Source: Candidatus Aenigmatarchaeota archaeon
GTDB taxonomy: Archaea; Aenigmatarchaeota; Aenigmatarchaeia; CG10238-14
Reading direction: 5' to 3'
Length of the DNA: 34,502 nt
Assembly (NCBI GenBank): GCA_014728985.1
Contig: WJKS01000015.1
Coordinates: 1-34,502 of the forward strand
A program made the translations under genes and the position numbers. How positions within the stretch are numbered: the first letter of the stretch is position 1; each line of letters starts with the position of its first letter. Shown piece by piece: positions 24,985 to 34,502 of the stretch. The notes under the pieces were generated by a model that had not been told where the DNA came from, ran no database searches, and saw nothing but the letters and a program-made list of their open reading frames with translations.

Positions 24985-25884
24985 ATGAAACGTTTCATTT
25001 TACTAACATTATTAATTCTGTTACTTACGCCTGTTTTATCGATGGCTTTTGTTCACGAACTAAACGTTACCATTGACATTCAAACTAATGATAAGGTCAA
25101 TATGGAATTAGATTTTAATTTTCCACATACTTCTGATGAAGTTTATTTCTCAATGCCTTATGAGATAAATGATCTCGAAGTCGAAGGCGGTAAATGTCAT
25201 GTTGAGAGTAATATTAACAATATATTGGTTTGTGAACCTCCGTCTCCTTTTATTGTTGGTAAGGTTTTCGTGAAAGCTAGTTTTGAGACCCATGGGATGA
25301 TAGAAAGAAAAGATAATAAAACCTCTTTTAGTTTTGATATTCCGATGCTTCAGGATACCGATAGAGTTAATATAATTACAAAACTTCCTGAGTTAATGGT
25401 TTTAGTTGACAATAAATTATTACCACTTTCTCCTTCTGGAGCAGATATAGGTAGTGATGGTAGAAGAATTACTCTTAAATGGTATTTCAGAGATCAGTTT
25501 AAAGGAGATATAATACCATTAAGGATTTATTATGAAAATATCAATCCCACAAATTTTGTTCAGTTGATAGACGTGAGATGGATAATATTATTTTTACTGA
25601 TATTGGTTGTTGGTATATTCCTAATATATGATAAAATATCTAAGAGATCAGGGGTAGTTTTATCTGTTTTGAATGAACCCGAGAGGATTGTTGTTAAGGT
25701 TATTCAGGAGCGGGGCGGCGAAGAAGTTAATCAGAAAAAAATTGTAAAGGCAACCGGATTTTCTAAAGCAAAAGTTAGCCGAATACTTCAGAGTCTGGAG
25801 GCACGTGGAGTTATTTCAAAAGAAAGATTTGGTAGGAGGAACAAGATAACGGTGAAGAAAAAATTCATTGAGGAAGATACTTAA
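24985..25884 (+). CDS. Single-pass membrane protein with extracellular beta domain and cytoplasmic winged HTH (COG2512-like)
   Basis: Signal peptide, TM near the C-terminus, then LNEPER...QKKIVKATGFSKAKVSRILQSLEARGVI...GRRN. Confidence 0.85.
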   Translation: MKRFILLTLLILLLTPVLSMAFVHELNVTIDIQTNDKVNMELDFNFPHTSDEVYFSMPYEINDLEVEGGKCHVESNINNILVCEPPSPFIVGKVFVKASFETHGMIERKDNKTSFSFDIPMLQDTDRVNIITKLPELMVLVDNKLLPLSPSGADIGSDGRRITLKWYFRDQFKGDIIPLRIYYENINPTNFVQLIDVRWIILFLLILVVGIFLIYDKISKRSGVVLSVLNEPERIVVKVIQERGGEEVNQKKIVKATGFSKAKVSRILQSLEARGVISKERFGRRNKITVKKKFIEEDT

Positions 25885-26033
25885 AAAATGTTAAATTTTC
25901 CTTCAAAAATCAAAAAGTCTTTAAAAACCTTTTTAGATGAAAATAAGACATAAAAAGTTTAATGGAACAATTATGTAATTTCTAAGAGCCTATTTTCAAA
26001 TTTAGACTATGTTTTTAATTATGTAAAAAAAAG

Positions 26034-26135
26034 CGTGAAACAGTTTCACGAAAGGTTTAAATACCTCCCGAAAGTAATTAGTTAGTAAAAGTGGACGCAA
26101 GTCCGCGCTTTCCGCGCAAGCGGAATATTTGGTGA
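26034..26135 (+). promoter_or_regulatory. S-layer promoter with upstream palindrome and double-hairpin 5'UTR
   Basis: CGTGAAA-CAG-TTTCACG 26034-26050; TTTAAATA 26056-26063; GTGGAC-GCAA-GTCCGC and TTCCGC-GCAA-GCGGAA; GGTGA SD. Confidence 0.7.
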
Positions 26136-26141
26136 AAATAA

Positions 26142-28379
26142 ATGAACGTAAAAAAATTGCTATCAGCAATTTTGACTGCACTTTTGGCAATGTCGCCAGT
26201 AGTTATGGCATTAGATTTAGGAGACTATCCAAGTTTCCTATTCGAAGACAACAATCTAGATGCATATGTAGTTGTTGGCTCTGCCGCAGCTCCGGCTGAC
26301 GTTGTAGGTGCCGTTGATTTAGCAGCAAGATTAGCAGGTGAATCCTACGAAGAAGTAGGTACAGGAGGAGATTCAGTAACAGTAACAGGAGGAGAGTCGG
26401 AAGATATTCCTATTAATAAAGGAATGTCTGCGACAAACTACATGGACCAAGTCATGGACGACGAAGACCTTGCAGGTCTTTTGGATAGTGAAGTGACTTT
26501 CCAGAGTGACTCATACAATTACAGAGAAGTACTTGTATTCTCCAGTAGCCAACCATCTGTCCACTCAAGTTTAACGAGTTCAGACGATGATTATGGTGAA
26601 GGAGTATATCTAGAAACATCAAGTGGATCTATAGCCTATTATTGGGTATTTGATGAGGCAATTAACGTAAGTACAGCCACATCATCTCAACCACTTAGAA
26701 TGGAATTTCTAGGCAAGGCAATAAAAATTACAAGTGTTTCCTCAGCGACTACATTCACAGCTTATGTGGGAGATACATACTCCATGAACGTAGGTGATAG
26801 TGTAGAAGTAGAAGGAAAAACAGTAACATTAGAAAATGTAGGTAGTACTGGATCAGTCAGATTAAACATTGACGGTACATTGTACACAGTCAGTGGAACT
26901 GAGACCCATGAAGGCATTGAAATAACAATCGATGATTATTTCTATGCTGATGCACTCGCTGAAAGAGGAGCAACAATAATTATGGGTAAACAGGCATCTG
27001 AAAGTTATACAGATGGAGACAAGTATCTAAAAGACGATAATATCTGTAATAATAATCCAGAGGATACAGATTGTTGGGAATGGGTTGTTGCCGGTTTAAC
27101 CGGTAACTCAGCAACCACAGTTGGTAGTTCAGGACCTTCTGCAGGTCCATACATTGGTGTTAAAGGTGTTTTCACAGTAAATGATGACACAGATAACCCA
27201 ATTACGGCTGGTGGATGTTATAAGTTCCCAAACGACTATGCAGAAGTTTGCTTCGATAGTCTAAGTGTATCAGAAGACGCCTATATGACATTGACACTTG
27301 AATACGCAGATTCTGTAGACCTAAGTAATGCAGTAGGTGGTAAGACAGCGCAAAATACCATGTACCTCCACACTTCAGAGGAGGAAGGACTCAAATTAAA
27401 GAGTGCCTTGAGTGGTTTGAGTGCCGATACCAGAACAACACAAGTCTGGTTAGAAGTCAATACAACTGATGCAGATTGGGTCAATGTATATTACAGAAAC
27501 AGTGAAGGAGCTAAGGCTTACGCAGGTTATGTCAACACTACAGCTAGTGGTGGCGTTAACTTTGCTGAGATCGAGTACGGAGACACAAAGGGAACAAATA
27601 TGGCGTTAGACCTTGCAGGTGACGCATCTGGAGGAGCCGATGCTTTGAATTTGACCTTTGATATCTTAGGAAAGACAACAACAGACTTAGCAGACAATTA
27701 TGACGATTTAAGAGTCCAACTAAGCCACGCAAGTAGTGGTGCTTTCGACGGACTTGGTGCTACACCAAGCAGTGAGGAAGCAAACGAGTTACAATGGTGT
27801 AACGGTGCTGGCAGTGGTTGTGTATGGAAGAACATTGGTACAAAAGACGAAAATCACAGATCGATTTACGGTATAGTAATCGAGGATCCAAAATCACACG
27901 GAGCAAGTGATGAAGTCGTACTAAGAGTACCACAAGAGCAAGTATTTGCTAAAATCGTTGTAAAAGGTCCATCAACAACAGTAACATCATCAACAAGTGG
28001 AACAGTTAAGAAAGTTGTACCAGTAACAAACGCAGTTGCTAAATTAGATACTGAAGTATCTCTACCAGTTGGTAAAAACCTAGTTTTAGTAGGTGGTCCA
28101 GCTGTAAATAGACTAACCGCCCAGGCAATGGGTCTTGATTATCCAACTTATGGAGGTTCAGGATTGTTGCCATTCTCTGAGGGAGAAGGTTACATCGCAT
28201 TATACGATAGTGGCCTAGAATCAGGAAAATATGCAGTAGTCGTAGCTGGATGGGCAGCCGGTGACACAAGAAATGCTGCTTCAGTATTACAACAATTTGG
28301 CTCATTTAACAGCCAATTAGACGGCAATGTAGCAGTCAAAGTTACAAGCGTTTCAGCTTCTGGAATTACAGCAGCTTAA
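26142..28379 (+). CDS. S-layer protein (S_layer_N/S_layer_C, Methanococcus/Thermococcus type)
   Basis: MNVKKL signal peptide, VVVGSAAAPADVVGAVDLA, AKLDTEV, NLVLVGGPAVNRL, VVVAGWAAGDTRNAA. Confidence 0.9.
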   Translation: MNVKKLLSAILTALLAMSPVVMALDLGDYPSFLFEDNNLDAYVVVGSAAAPADVVGAVDLAARLAGESYEEVGTGGDSVTVTGGESEDIPINKGMSATNYMDQVMDDEDLAGLLDSEVTFQSDSYNYREVLVFSSSQPSVHSSLTSSDDDYGEGVYLETSSGSIAYYWVFDEAINVSTATSSQPLRMEFLGKAIKITSVSSATTFTAYVGDTYSMNVGDSVEVEGKTVTLENVGSTGSVRLNIDGTLYTVSGTETHEGIEITIDDYFYADALAERGATIIMGKQASESYTDGDKYLKDDNICNNNPEDTDCWEWVVAGLTGNSATTVGSSGPSAGPYIGVKGVFTVNDDTDNPITAGGCYKFPNDYAEVCFDSLSVSEDAYMTLTLEYADSVDLSNAVGGKTAQNTMYLHTSEEEGLKLKSALSGLSADTRTTQVWLEVNTTDADWVNVYYRNSEGAKAYAGYVNTTASGGVNFAEIEYGDTKGTNMALDLAGDASGGADALNLTFDILGKTTTDLADNYDDLRVQLSHASSGAFDGLGATPSSEEANELQWCNGAGSGCVWKNIGTKDENHRSIYGIVIEDPKSHGASDEVVLRVPQEQVFAKIVVKGPSTTVTSSTSGTVKKVVPVTNAVAKLDTEVSLPVGKNLVLVGGPAVNRLTAQAMGLDYPTYGGSGLLPFSEGEGYIALYDSGLESGKYAVVVAGWAAGDTRNAASVLQQFGSFNSQLDGNVAVKVTSVSASGITAA

Positions 28380-28392
28380 GAACGCTAAAGGA

Positions 28393-28419
28393 TTTCTTTT
28401 TTTTCTTTTTTATTTTTCT
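28393..28419 (+). terminator. Oligo-T archaeal terminator after the S-layer gene
   Basis: TTTCTTTTTTTTCTTTTTTATTTTTCT just downstream of the stop. Confidence 0.7.
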
Positions 28420-28480
28420 AAGATTCTACTTATTGGGTTACAAATATTAGCTAATTTCACAATAATGAGTTATTGATAAC

Positions 28481-29068
28481 ATGGAACTTCAGATAAGAAA
28501 AAGGACTATATTTCTCATATTAGGTATTATTGGAATTATTGTTCTAATTCTGGGGTTTTCCCAACTGTATAAAAATTATCTAAAACCAGTTAAATCGGTT
28601 TACATCAATGATGTACCCTTTACTTTTAGAAGAGATGTTAGGAGAGCACTAAAGGTAGATTTATTTCCAAAAGAGGAATTACTCCATGAGTTATTTACAA
28701 ACTACAGAGTAAGAAATATAACAATATTATTCAAAGCAGGTACTCCCGAAACAAATGCTCTTTATGAGCTTGAGACAATCGAATTGACTTACAAGTTGTT
28801 TAGATATGATGATATAACAAGGGGAATGGTAAGACCAAGAAAGAGTTTCAATGCCGAGGAAATTGAAAATTATGAGAATATTACTCGTGAAGATAGTGTC
28901 TTGAAAATAATATTAGTTCCCCCAGAATTTTCAGATGAGACCAGAGTGAGTGCGGGCGGTAACAGGATTTGGGTTTACGGTAGGACTGACAAGGAATTTG
29001 ATCTTGCCACAATGAAGGCGATATTGAGTATAATGAATGTCACTAATGTGGAAGATTTAGTCAATTAA
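28481..29068 (+). CDS. Membrane-anchored hypothetical protein
   Basis: N-terminal TM, 195-aa ORF. Confidence 0.7.
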   Translation: MELQIRKRTIFLILGIIGIIVLILGFSQLYKNYLKPVKSVYINDVPFTFRRDVRRALKVDLFPKEELLHELFTNYRVRNITILFKAGTPETNALYELETIELTYKLFRYDDITRGMVRPRKSFNAEEIENYENITREDSVLKIILVPPEFSDETRVSAGGNRIWVYGRTDKEFDLATMKAILSIMNVTNVEDLVN

Positions 29069-29686
29069 TGAAGAAAGCTTTTCTTTTGATTGGAAGCCTG
29101 TGAGTAATTTGTCATTAAAAATCACCGAAGGCGACGTCTTTACTTCATAAATGTCTTTTAATGTTTTAAGTGCAGGGTTTTCTTCGTCTATATCAAAAGC
29201 ATATATTACAACATCATCCGGGTATTTTTCGTATATATAATCCAATACATAACCCTGTGATTCACTTTCAGAGCTATTTAACTTGTTTGAATAGAAGAAG
29301 ATAATTATGTTAATACTCCTATCGCACTCTTCTTTAACTTTTTTTACTAACAACCACTGTCTTAATGATAACAAGGAATAATCCTGTTTCAAATCCTCAA
29401 CAATTTTATGATCCTTTCCTAGATTCTTTTCCAAGACATCTATCCTTTTACCCAATTCCGACTTTTCTTTGGTTAATTGAAATACATTTACTTTACAGAT
29501 ATATTCTGATGCAATTTCCGATTGGAGATTTAGGGATAGTATATAGTTTCTAAGTTCTTTTTGGGTTTCTGTCACCTGAATCGATGTTCTAGATGATATT
29601 CTTTGTGCTATAAGAAAACCTATTATAAAGATGAATAAGGTTAGCAGAAAAACCGAAAAATACTTATTCCAACTAATTTTTCTCAT
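29057..29686 (-). CDS. Membrane-anchored protein with coiled coil and C-terminal thioredoxin-like fold lacking CxxC
   Basis: IIFFYS...QGYVLD...YAFD...YEVKTSPSVIFN...GF. Confidence 0.7.
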   Translation of the reverse strand: MRKISWNKYFSVFLLTLFIFIIGFLIAQRISSRTSIQVTETQKELRNYILSLNLQSEIASEYICKVNVFQLTKEKSELGKRIDVLEKNLGKDHKIVEDLKQDYSLLSLRQWLLVKKVKEECDRSINIIIFFYSNKLNSSESESQGYVLDYIYEKYPDDVVIYAFDIDEENPALKTLKDIYEVKTSPSVIFNDKLLTGFQSKEKLSSLID

Positions 29687-29719
29687 AGCTAATAATTTAG
29701 ATAAAGAGATTTAATTGTT

Positions 29720-30958
29720 TTACCAACCAGGCTTTTTTCTAGTAATAAAGTGGACTAATGCTATAACTTGTGATATCCCCATTGCCCATCCGTATATCAA
29801 GAGGTAAAAAACATATCCTAACCTAAATTTCTCATTGACGTTTCTTCTTGCAATCTCGTAAAGGAGAAGTGCTGTTAGAAATGAAAACATTATTAAAAGC
29901 GTTTTTTCATCGGTTAAGAGATGACTCAAACTTAATTCTATATTGAAATTCAGTAGAGGAAATATATCAAAGTTAATTAAAGAGCTCAGGTAGATATTGT
30001 GAATTAAGTCAAAAACAAGTCTTATTGAGAAATACAAAAAAAGAAAAGATACGAAACTTATGCTGAATAAAGTGACTGGGAGAAAGAAAACACCTAGATC
30101 CCCATAATCAGGGCTTAGCATATGCTTATACTTGAAAATATTTTCTAATCCCCCGAAACTCCATCTCACTCTTTGTCTTATCAGGCTCTTAAGGTTTTTT
30201 GGTGGAACGGTATAAACTTTGCTTTTCAGTGATTGAATTATTTGATAGTGTTTTGATTGTATTCTCATCCCCATTTCGAAATCTTCTGTTAATGTATCTG
30301 TTTCGAAAAGTCCATATTTTTTCAGGAATTTTTTTCTTACAAAAGCTCCTGCTGGGGCGCAATTCATTGAACCCATGAACGAGGAACTCTTCTTAATAAT
30401 GGCCGTAATAATGTATTCTATAGCCTGACATTTTTCCAAAAGATTCTTTGGTCTCCAAATTTTTTGGAGGGGCAATGCAGCCATCACTTTTGGATCATTA
30501 AAACACCCGATTATATTTTCGAAACAATTTTTATCTGGGAAAGTGTCAGCATCTAATATCATAACTAAATCCCCTTTCGATTTTTTAATTCCATAATTAA
30601 CTGCCTCGGCCTTACCTCCGTGTTTTTTTGAGAAAACCTTCAATACTTTACTTTTCACTTTCTTTGCCTGCTTAAAAGTGTCATCCTCAGATTCATCATC
30701 AACAACTATTATTTCCAATTTATTTCGGGGGTATTTGGCCTTTAAGACCGATTTAATTGTTCTAATTATATTTTCACCTTCATTATAAGCCGGTATAATA
30801 ACTGAAATTTTAGGATATTTTTGATTTCTAGTTTTTTTATCACATTCATGATCATTCTCTATAAAGGTTGTAAGGAAAAAAAGTGTTGAAAATAAGGAGA
30901 AAAACATTGTTAGACAGACTAGTATATTATTAAAATTCAGTATCATAAGACCAATCAA
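29720..30958 (-). CDS. Processive GT2 glycosyltransferase (cellulose synthase/PgaC-like)
   Basis: IIPAYNE, VVDD, GKAEAVN, LDAD, TEDFE, QRVRW, flanking TMs. Confidence 0.9.
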   Translation of the reverse strand: MIGLMILNFNNILVCLTMFFSLFSTLFFLTTFIENDHECDKKTRNQKYPKISVIIPAYNEGENIIRTIKSVLKAKYPRNKLEIIVVDDESEDDTFKQAKKVKSKVLKVFSKKHGGKAEAVNYGIKKSKGDLVMILDADTFPDKNCFENIIGCFNDPKVMAALPLQKIWRPKNLLEKCQAIEYIITAIIKKSSSFMGSMNCAPAGAFVRKKFLKKYGLFETDTLTEDFEMGMRIQSKHYQIIQSLKSKVYTVPPKNLKSLIRQRVRWSFGGLENIFKYKHMLSPDYGDLGVFFLPVTLFSISFVSFLFLYFSIRLVFDLIHNIYLSSLINFDIFPLLNFNIELSLSHLLTDEKTLLIMFSFLTALLLYEIARRNVNEKFRLGYVFYLLIYGWAMGISQVIALVHFITRKKPGW

Positions 30959-30973
30959 ATATAATTAATGTTG

Positions 30974-31333
30974 TCAGTCTTTAAGTAATGGTACATTACC
31001 GGTTATCTTGTCAATCTTTTCTTCCTTATCTGGTCCTATCCCTAAGGCGGTTACTGTTCCTGGTTCTAATTCTGTTAGTCCTGCGTCCTTTACGAGAAAA
31101 TATGGGATTTCAGATTTTTTTGCTTTATTTTTTAATCTTATCAATTCTTCCCTTGAACCCACTTCTAAAGTTACCTTTTTTTGTCCTTCTCCTCTCCAGG
31201 ATTTTAAGATTGCTTCAGGCGTTTTTTCGTATGATCCAATACACGCATGACAGGCCTGCACACACTTTTTTCCCGAAGTCATTTCTAAATCCTTTCTTAT
31301 TATAATCACTTGTTTTAACATAAAATCACTCAT
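30974..31333 (-). CDS. pth2: Peptidyl-tRNA hydrolase Pth2
   Basis: KQVIIIRKDL.M.SGK..VQACHA, GQKKV, DAGLTEL.PGTVTALGIGP. Confidence 0.95.
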   Translation of the reverse strand: MSDFMLKQVIIIRKDLEMTSGKKCVQACHACIGSYEKTPEAILKSWRGEGQKKVTLEVGSREELIRLKNKAKKSEIPYFLVKDAGLTELEPGTVTALGIGPDKEEKIDKITGNVPLLKD

Positions 31334-31558
31334 TAGGTTAATAATAAATAATTGTCCTTCTTTAAATTATGATATGTTGACAGGTAAGCTCAGTGATATC
31401 TTAATGGGTTTGCTTAGTTTCTTTTTCCTAGTAATTTTTCTCTGTTAATTTGGGATGATTCTCTTGTTTTGAGATGACCTATCTAACTTTCGTTTTGGAT
31501 TGGTGGTTCAGTTTTGACAGATTTATTTTGAATTAAAAATAAATGGAGGTGTGATAGT

Positions 31559-31786
31559 ATGGGTAGACGCTACCATGATTTAGATAGAATGGAGGGCCGA
31601 ATAGCTCATGTACAAGTTCGTGGCTATGCTGGTGTAGAAGTAGGTGGAAGACAATTTACATGGAGGCAATTAGGTATAGGATCTGGATTGAACAGAACAG
31701 GGGTTTCAGGGATTTTAGGAATAATTGAATTACATGAGAATGGGAATTCTGATAATCCTCCGTATTGTACCCCCACGACTTTTTAG
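31559..31786 (+). CDS. Hypothetical protein
   Basis: GGAGGTG SD, oligo-T tract after stop. Confidence 0.5.
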   Translation: MGRRYHDLDRMEGRIAHVQVRGYAGVEVGGRQFTWRQLGIGSGLNRTGVSGILGIIELHENGNSDNPPYCTPTTF

Positions 31787-31822
31787 TGAACCAACTCCCC
31801 TTTTTATTTTTTTATTCCTAAA

Positions 31823-32347
31823 ATGTACTATATGACTAGACTTCTTTTGTTAGTTCCTCCAAGAAACTTCAATGACACAGAGTATTCGGTAACTAGGGAA
31901 AGATTGGAACAAGCGGGAATTCAGGTAACGCTAACAAGTGTAGTAGAGGAAGAGATAACAGGTATGGGAGGAATGAAGATAACCCCGGAAAAAGAATTGA
32001 GATTAACGAATCCCAATAATTATGATGCACTCGTGATTATAGGAGGTTCGGGTACACCAAAATTGTTAGATTATCCTGAAGTCACAAATATAATTAAAAA
32101 ATTCGAAAATCAGGGAAAACCTATAGCAGCTATATGTTTAGCACCAATAATTCTAGCAAAGGCAGGTATTCTCAAAGGGGTTATCTGTACAGTCTTTCCC
32201 ACCAATTTTGCGTTGAAATGGTTAAAGGACGGGGGAGCAACTTATTCTGAATTGAATGTAGTAGAGGATGATAATATAATTACCGCAGATGGCCCTGGGG
32301 CTGCTAAAGAGTTTGCGGGAAAAATACTTAAGAAATTTAACCTTTAA
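31823..32347 (+). CDS. DJ-1/PfpI family protein
   Basis: FNDTE, YDALVIIGGSG, AAICLAP, ITADGP. Confidence 0.9.
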   Translation: MYYMTRLLLLVPPRNFNDTEYSVTRERLEQAGIQVTLTSVVEEEITGMGGMKITPEKELRLTNPNNYDALVIIGGSGTPKLLDYPEVTNIIKKFENQGKPIAAICLAPIILAKAGILKGVICTVFPTNFALKWLKDGGATYSELNVVEDDNIITADGPGAAKEFAGKILKKFNL

Positions 32348-32373
32348 AGGTTATTACTAATTGAGGAGATATT

Positions 32374-32907
32374 ATGAAGGTTATGGTTCCTTTAACAGAT
32401 GGTTTTGAAGAAATTGAGGCTTTGACGGTAGTTGATGTTCTAAGGAGAGCAGGTTTGGACGTTGAAACAGTTGGTGTTGTTCGATCTGTTGTCAAGGGTG
32501 CGCATGGAGTAAGAGTCATGGCAGACAAAAGACTGATGGAAGTTAATCCCAGACAGTATGATGTAATTGTTCTTCCTGGCGGGCCAGGTTACAAGACTCT
32601 TGCCAGGGCAAGTAAATTAATGGAGACCCTGAAAGAATTCCATTCAAAAGGAAAAACAATAGGTGCAATTTGTGCAGCTCCAGCAGTTCTAGCACAAGCC
32701 GGTATATTGGAAGAAAAACGCGCAACTATTTATCCTGGTATGGAAAAAGAATTATCTTACCCAAGGGGCAATAGGGTAGTAATTGACGAGAATATAATAA
32801 CTTCCCAGGGACCAGGTACTGCAATGGAGTTTGCGTTGGCGCTGGTCAAAAAACTCAAGGGAAATACAGAGATGATGAAATTAAAACAGGAGTTAGTGGT
32901 GTCTTAA
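32374..32907 (+). CDS. DJ-1/ThiJ/YajL family glyoxalase-deglycase
   Basis: GFEEIEA...DVLRRAG, LPGG, AICAAP, TSQGPGTAMEFAL. Confidence 0.93.
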   Translation: MKVMVPLTDGFEEIEALTVVDVLRRAGLDVETVGVVRSVVKGAHGVRVMADKRLMEVNPRQYDVIVLPGGPGYKTLARASKLMETLKEFHSKGKTIGAICAAPAVLAQAGILEEKRATIYPGMEKELSYPRGNRVVIDENIITSQGPGTAMEFALALVKKLKGNTEMMKLKQELVVS

Positions 32908-33129
32908 TTGGAAGATGGAATTGAAAGAAAGATTTTGGAAGAGATGACTGTGCATTTAGTTGCAACAAGGAAGGAAATAATGAATTTTGTTAATGGTGAA
33001 AAAGATGTTCCTATGTCTGTTATTAAATCAGTGACAACTTCAATGGTTCAGAAAGGATTTCTGAAAGAGATATCTACTTCTACTACTAGTTACGCAATAA
33101 CAAAAAAAGGAATGAGGAGTTTCAGGTAA
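32908..33129 (+). CDS. Small winged-helix protein
   Basis: TTG start adjacent to upstream stop; MVQKGFL...YAITKKG wing motif. Confidence 0.65.
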   Translation: MEDGIERKILEEMTVHLVATRKEIMNFVNGEKDVPMSVIKSVTTSMVQKGFLKEISTSTTSYAITKKGMRSFR

Positions 33130-33158
33130 TTTTTTAGATATTATCCTTTAATTGATTC

Positions 33159-33440
33159 CTACAGTAAAAATATTTCTCTACGACGAGCTTGATAATCTGG
33201 TGTTCTTCTTGTTATTTTAACTTCCACGGCACGCCCTTGGTTCGTCATGACAAATCTCCCTTCAGCCAAATAATCTCCACACATACCGAGGGCACATTTA
33301 AACCCCCCCCTATCATTTTCTTCCAAACTAAGGACCACTCTTTGGGGAAAGACTTCCCTGACATCGGGATATCCAGGACATACTATATCACCTACCTCAG
33401 TATTTTCGTACATATGACCTTCTGGAACAAGGTATCTCAT
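33159..33440 (-). CDS. Hypothetical protein
   Basis: Clean ORF with upstream TTTAAATA box. Confidence 0.5.
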   Translation of the reverse strand: MRYLVPEGHMYENTEVGDIVCPGYPDVREVFPQRVVLSLEENDRGGFKCALGMCGDYLAEGRFVMTNQGRAVEVKITRRTPDYQARRREIFLL

Positions 33441-33486
33441 ATTCAATTTTATTCTGATGTTATATTTAAATTCCTTACTTTCTTCA

Positions 33487-34502
33487 CAGTACTTCCGAAA
33501 GTGGATGATTAATTGACGAAAATTCTGATAATTTCACCTATTTTTACTTACTAAATGGCAATCAATCACACCAGACTCAATGGAAAGACAATTAAATCAT
33601 TCAATTTTTGATCCAAGAGCCTACCCAGGATTAAACAAATTTCCTGAAATTAATCAGAGAATCAAGTAATGCCCTGTTCTAATATCCTTCTGAAGGTTAT
33701 TCTTACCTTTCTTACTGTTATTGTCTTCTCTCCAAGAATATGATTTTCTACATTCAGTAATATCCAGAAATTGTATAGTACCACTGATACCAGTATGAAC
33801 AACAATCTAACCGTAAAGCTGGTTGAACAAGTCTTGGCACGGAATTCTTTTTTGACTCTGTAACCAGTCTCTATTCCCCATCTTTGTGGATATGTTCTAG
33901 CTACCCAGTCTGGTTCTACATCCATGTTTGTGAAGAACCCAACCAAATCACCATCCTCTGTCGGATAAATCAGTAATCTGACATCAATGTAGTTCCTGTT
34001 GCATTGTAATCTGTAGATGGTCTTCCATACATTCTTTTTAGCACATTCATCCATTATACTCATTATTTTCGCTGTTTTCTTTACTGGTGTTATCCAATTC
34101 TTCTTTCTTTTGTTGAATAGTTTGTAAACATCTATTGACTGGAATCCTCTATCCATAAGTACACAATCTATCCTTACCAATCCTTTTATGTGGTTCAGAA
34201 GGTCTTTTATCACTTTTCTCTTTGATTTGAATGTATTCATTGGAATTATGGATAAAGTGAATCTTCTTCCTCTTTCAACTATGTCAATTGAGATTATCTT
34301 GAGAAACTTATTTGTTCCAGACTTAGGTTTTCCTCTTGTGATGAATAAATCATCGTCTTTTCCATAATAAGGGATATCATGAAAATCTATTGCTAATTTA
34401 GCTTTTCCTGTTATCCTGTACATTCTTCTCACATCAAGGTAATTTTTTCTTATCATTTCCTGGAATATTTCAAGGATATCCTTCCAATTGAGTTTCTTTA
34501 TA
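33487..34502 (-). mobile_element. Insertion sequence, ISH3/IS4-like, truncated by the window edge
   Basis: DDE transposase plus terminal CAGTACTTCCGAAAG at 33487, resembling CAGTA-starting ISH3-type inverted repeats. Confidence 0.7.
33662..34502 (-). CDS. DDE transposase (DDE_Tnp_1; ISH3/IS4-like), 5' part outside the window
   Basis: LAIDFHDIPYYG, LMDRGF, YPQRWGIETGYR, LYNFW; frame open to the window end. Confidence 0.9.
   Translation of the reverse strand, partial: IKKLNWKDILEIFQEMIRKNYLDVRRMYRITGKAKLAIDFHDIPYYGKDDDLFITRGKPKSGTNKFLKIISIDIVERGRRFTLSIIPMNTFKSKRKVIKDLLNHIKGLVRIDCVLMDRGFQSIDVYKLFNKRKKNWITPVKKTAKIMSIMDECAKKNVWKTIYRLQCNRNYIDVRLLIYPTEDGDLVGFFTNMDVEPDWVARTYPQRWGIETGYRVKKEFRAKTCSTSFTVRLLFILVSVVLYNFWILLNVENHILGEKTITVRKVRITFRRILEQGIT

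Noticed and set aside
31375..31530. Possible IS-end or gene remnant between pth2 and the 31559 ORF
   Set aside because: No partner inverted repeat and no recognisable transposase peptide.
31823..32907. Tandem DJ-1/PfpI genes as a novel system
   Set aside because: Both are ordinary family members with intact Glu/Cys; paralogue pairs are common.
1400..33512. Many short antisense ORFs in the track (e.g. 1400-1747, 8729-9040, 14365-14706, 22595-23035, 30988-31305)
   Set aside because: They lie fully opposite well-supported genes and have the Ser/Phe/Leu-rich composition of shadow frames.
1..34502. CRISPR array or cas genes
   Set aside because: No regularly spaced direct repeats and no Cas motifs seen.

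Overview
AT-rich archaeal chromosome segment. Gene content (taw1/taw2, aTrm56, aIF-1A, Rio1, Dim2/KH, Topo VI A/B, Pth2, Methanococcus-type S-layer protein, CCA-less tRNA genes, TATA promoters, GGTGA Shine-Dalgarno sites) is archaeal. The compact organisation and hypothetical families suggest a DPANN lineage, possibly Aenigmarchaeota (inference). The window holds four tRNA genes: Thr-UGU, Thr-CGU, Gly-GCC and a Leu-CAA with two introns. A ~4.7 kb block separates eif1a from its usual neighbours rio1-KH-top6B-top6A. It contains an oxidative-stress operon with a divergent LrpA-like regulator, MscL, and a doubly frameshifted XerD/IntI-like tyrosine recombinase. Next to the recombinase is a single Cys-rich secreted-protein gene flanked by two attC-like TAAC...GTTA palindromes, a candidate decayed integron-like cassette system. 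Other points of interest: a promoter- and terminator-bounded ORF-less hairpin RNA divergent from an RHH/pseudo-nucleotidyltransferase regulator; two non-ribosomal proteins ending in a ribosomal P-stalk-like tail; a 23-aa acidic Trp micropeptide; an AbrB-PhoU gene with an ATA start and one in-frame TAA; a structured S-layer 5'UTR; and an ISH3/IS4-type element running off the right edge. All calls were made by eye and no searches were run.
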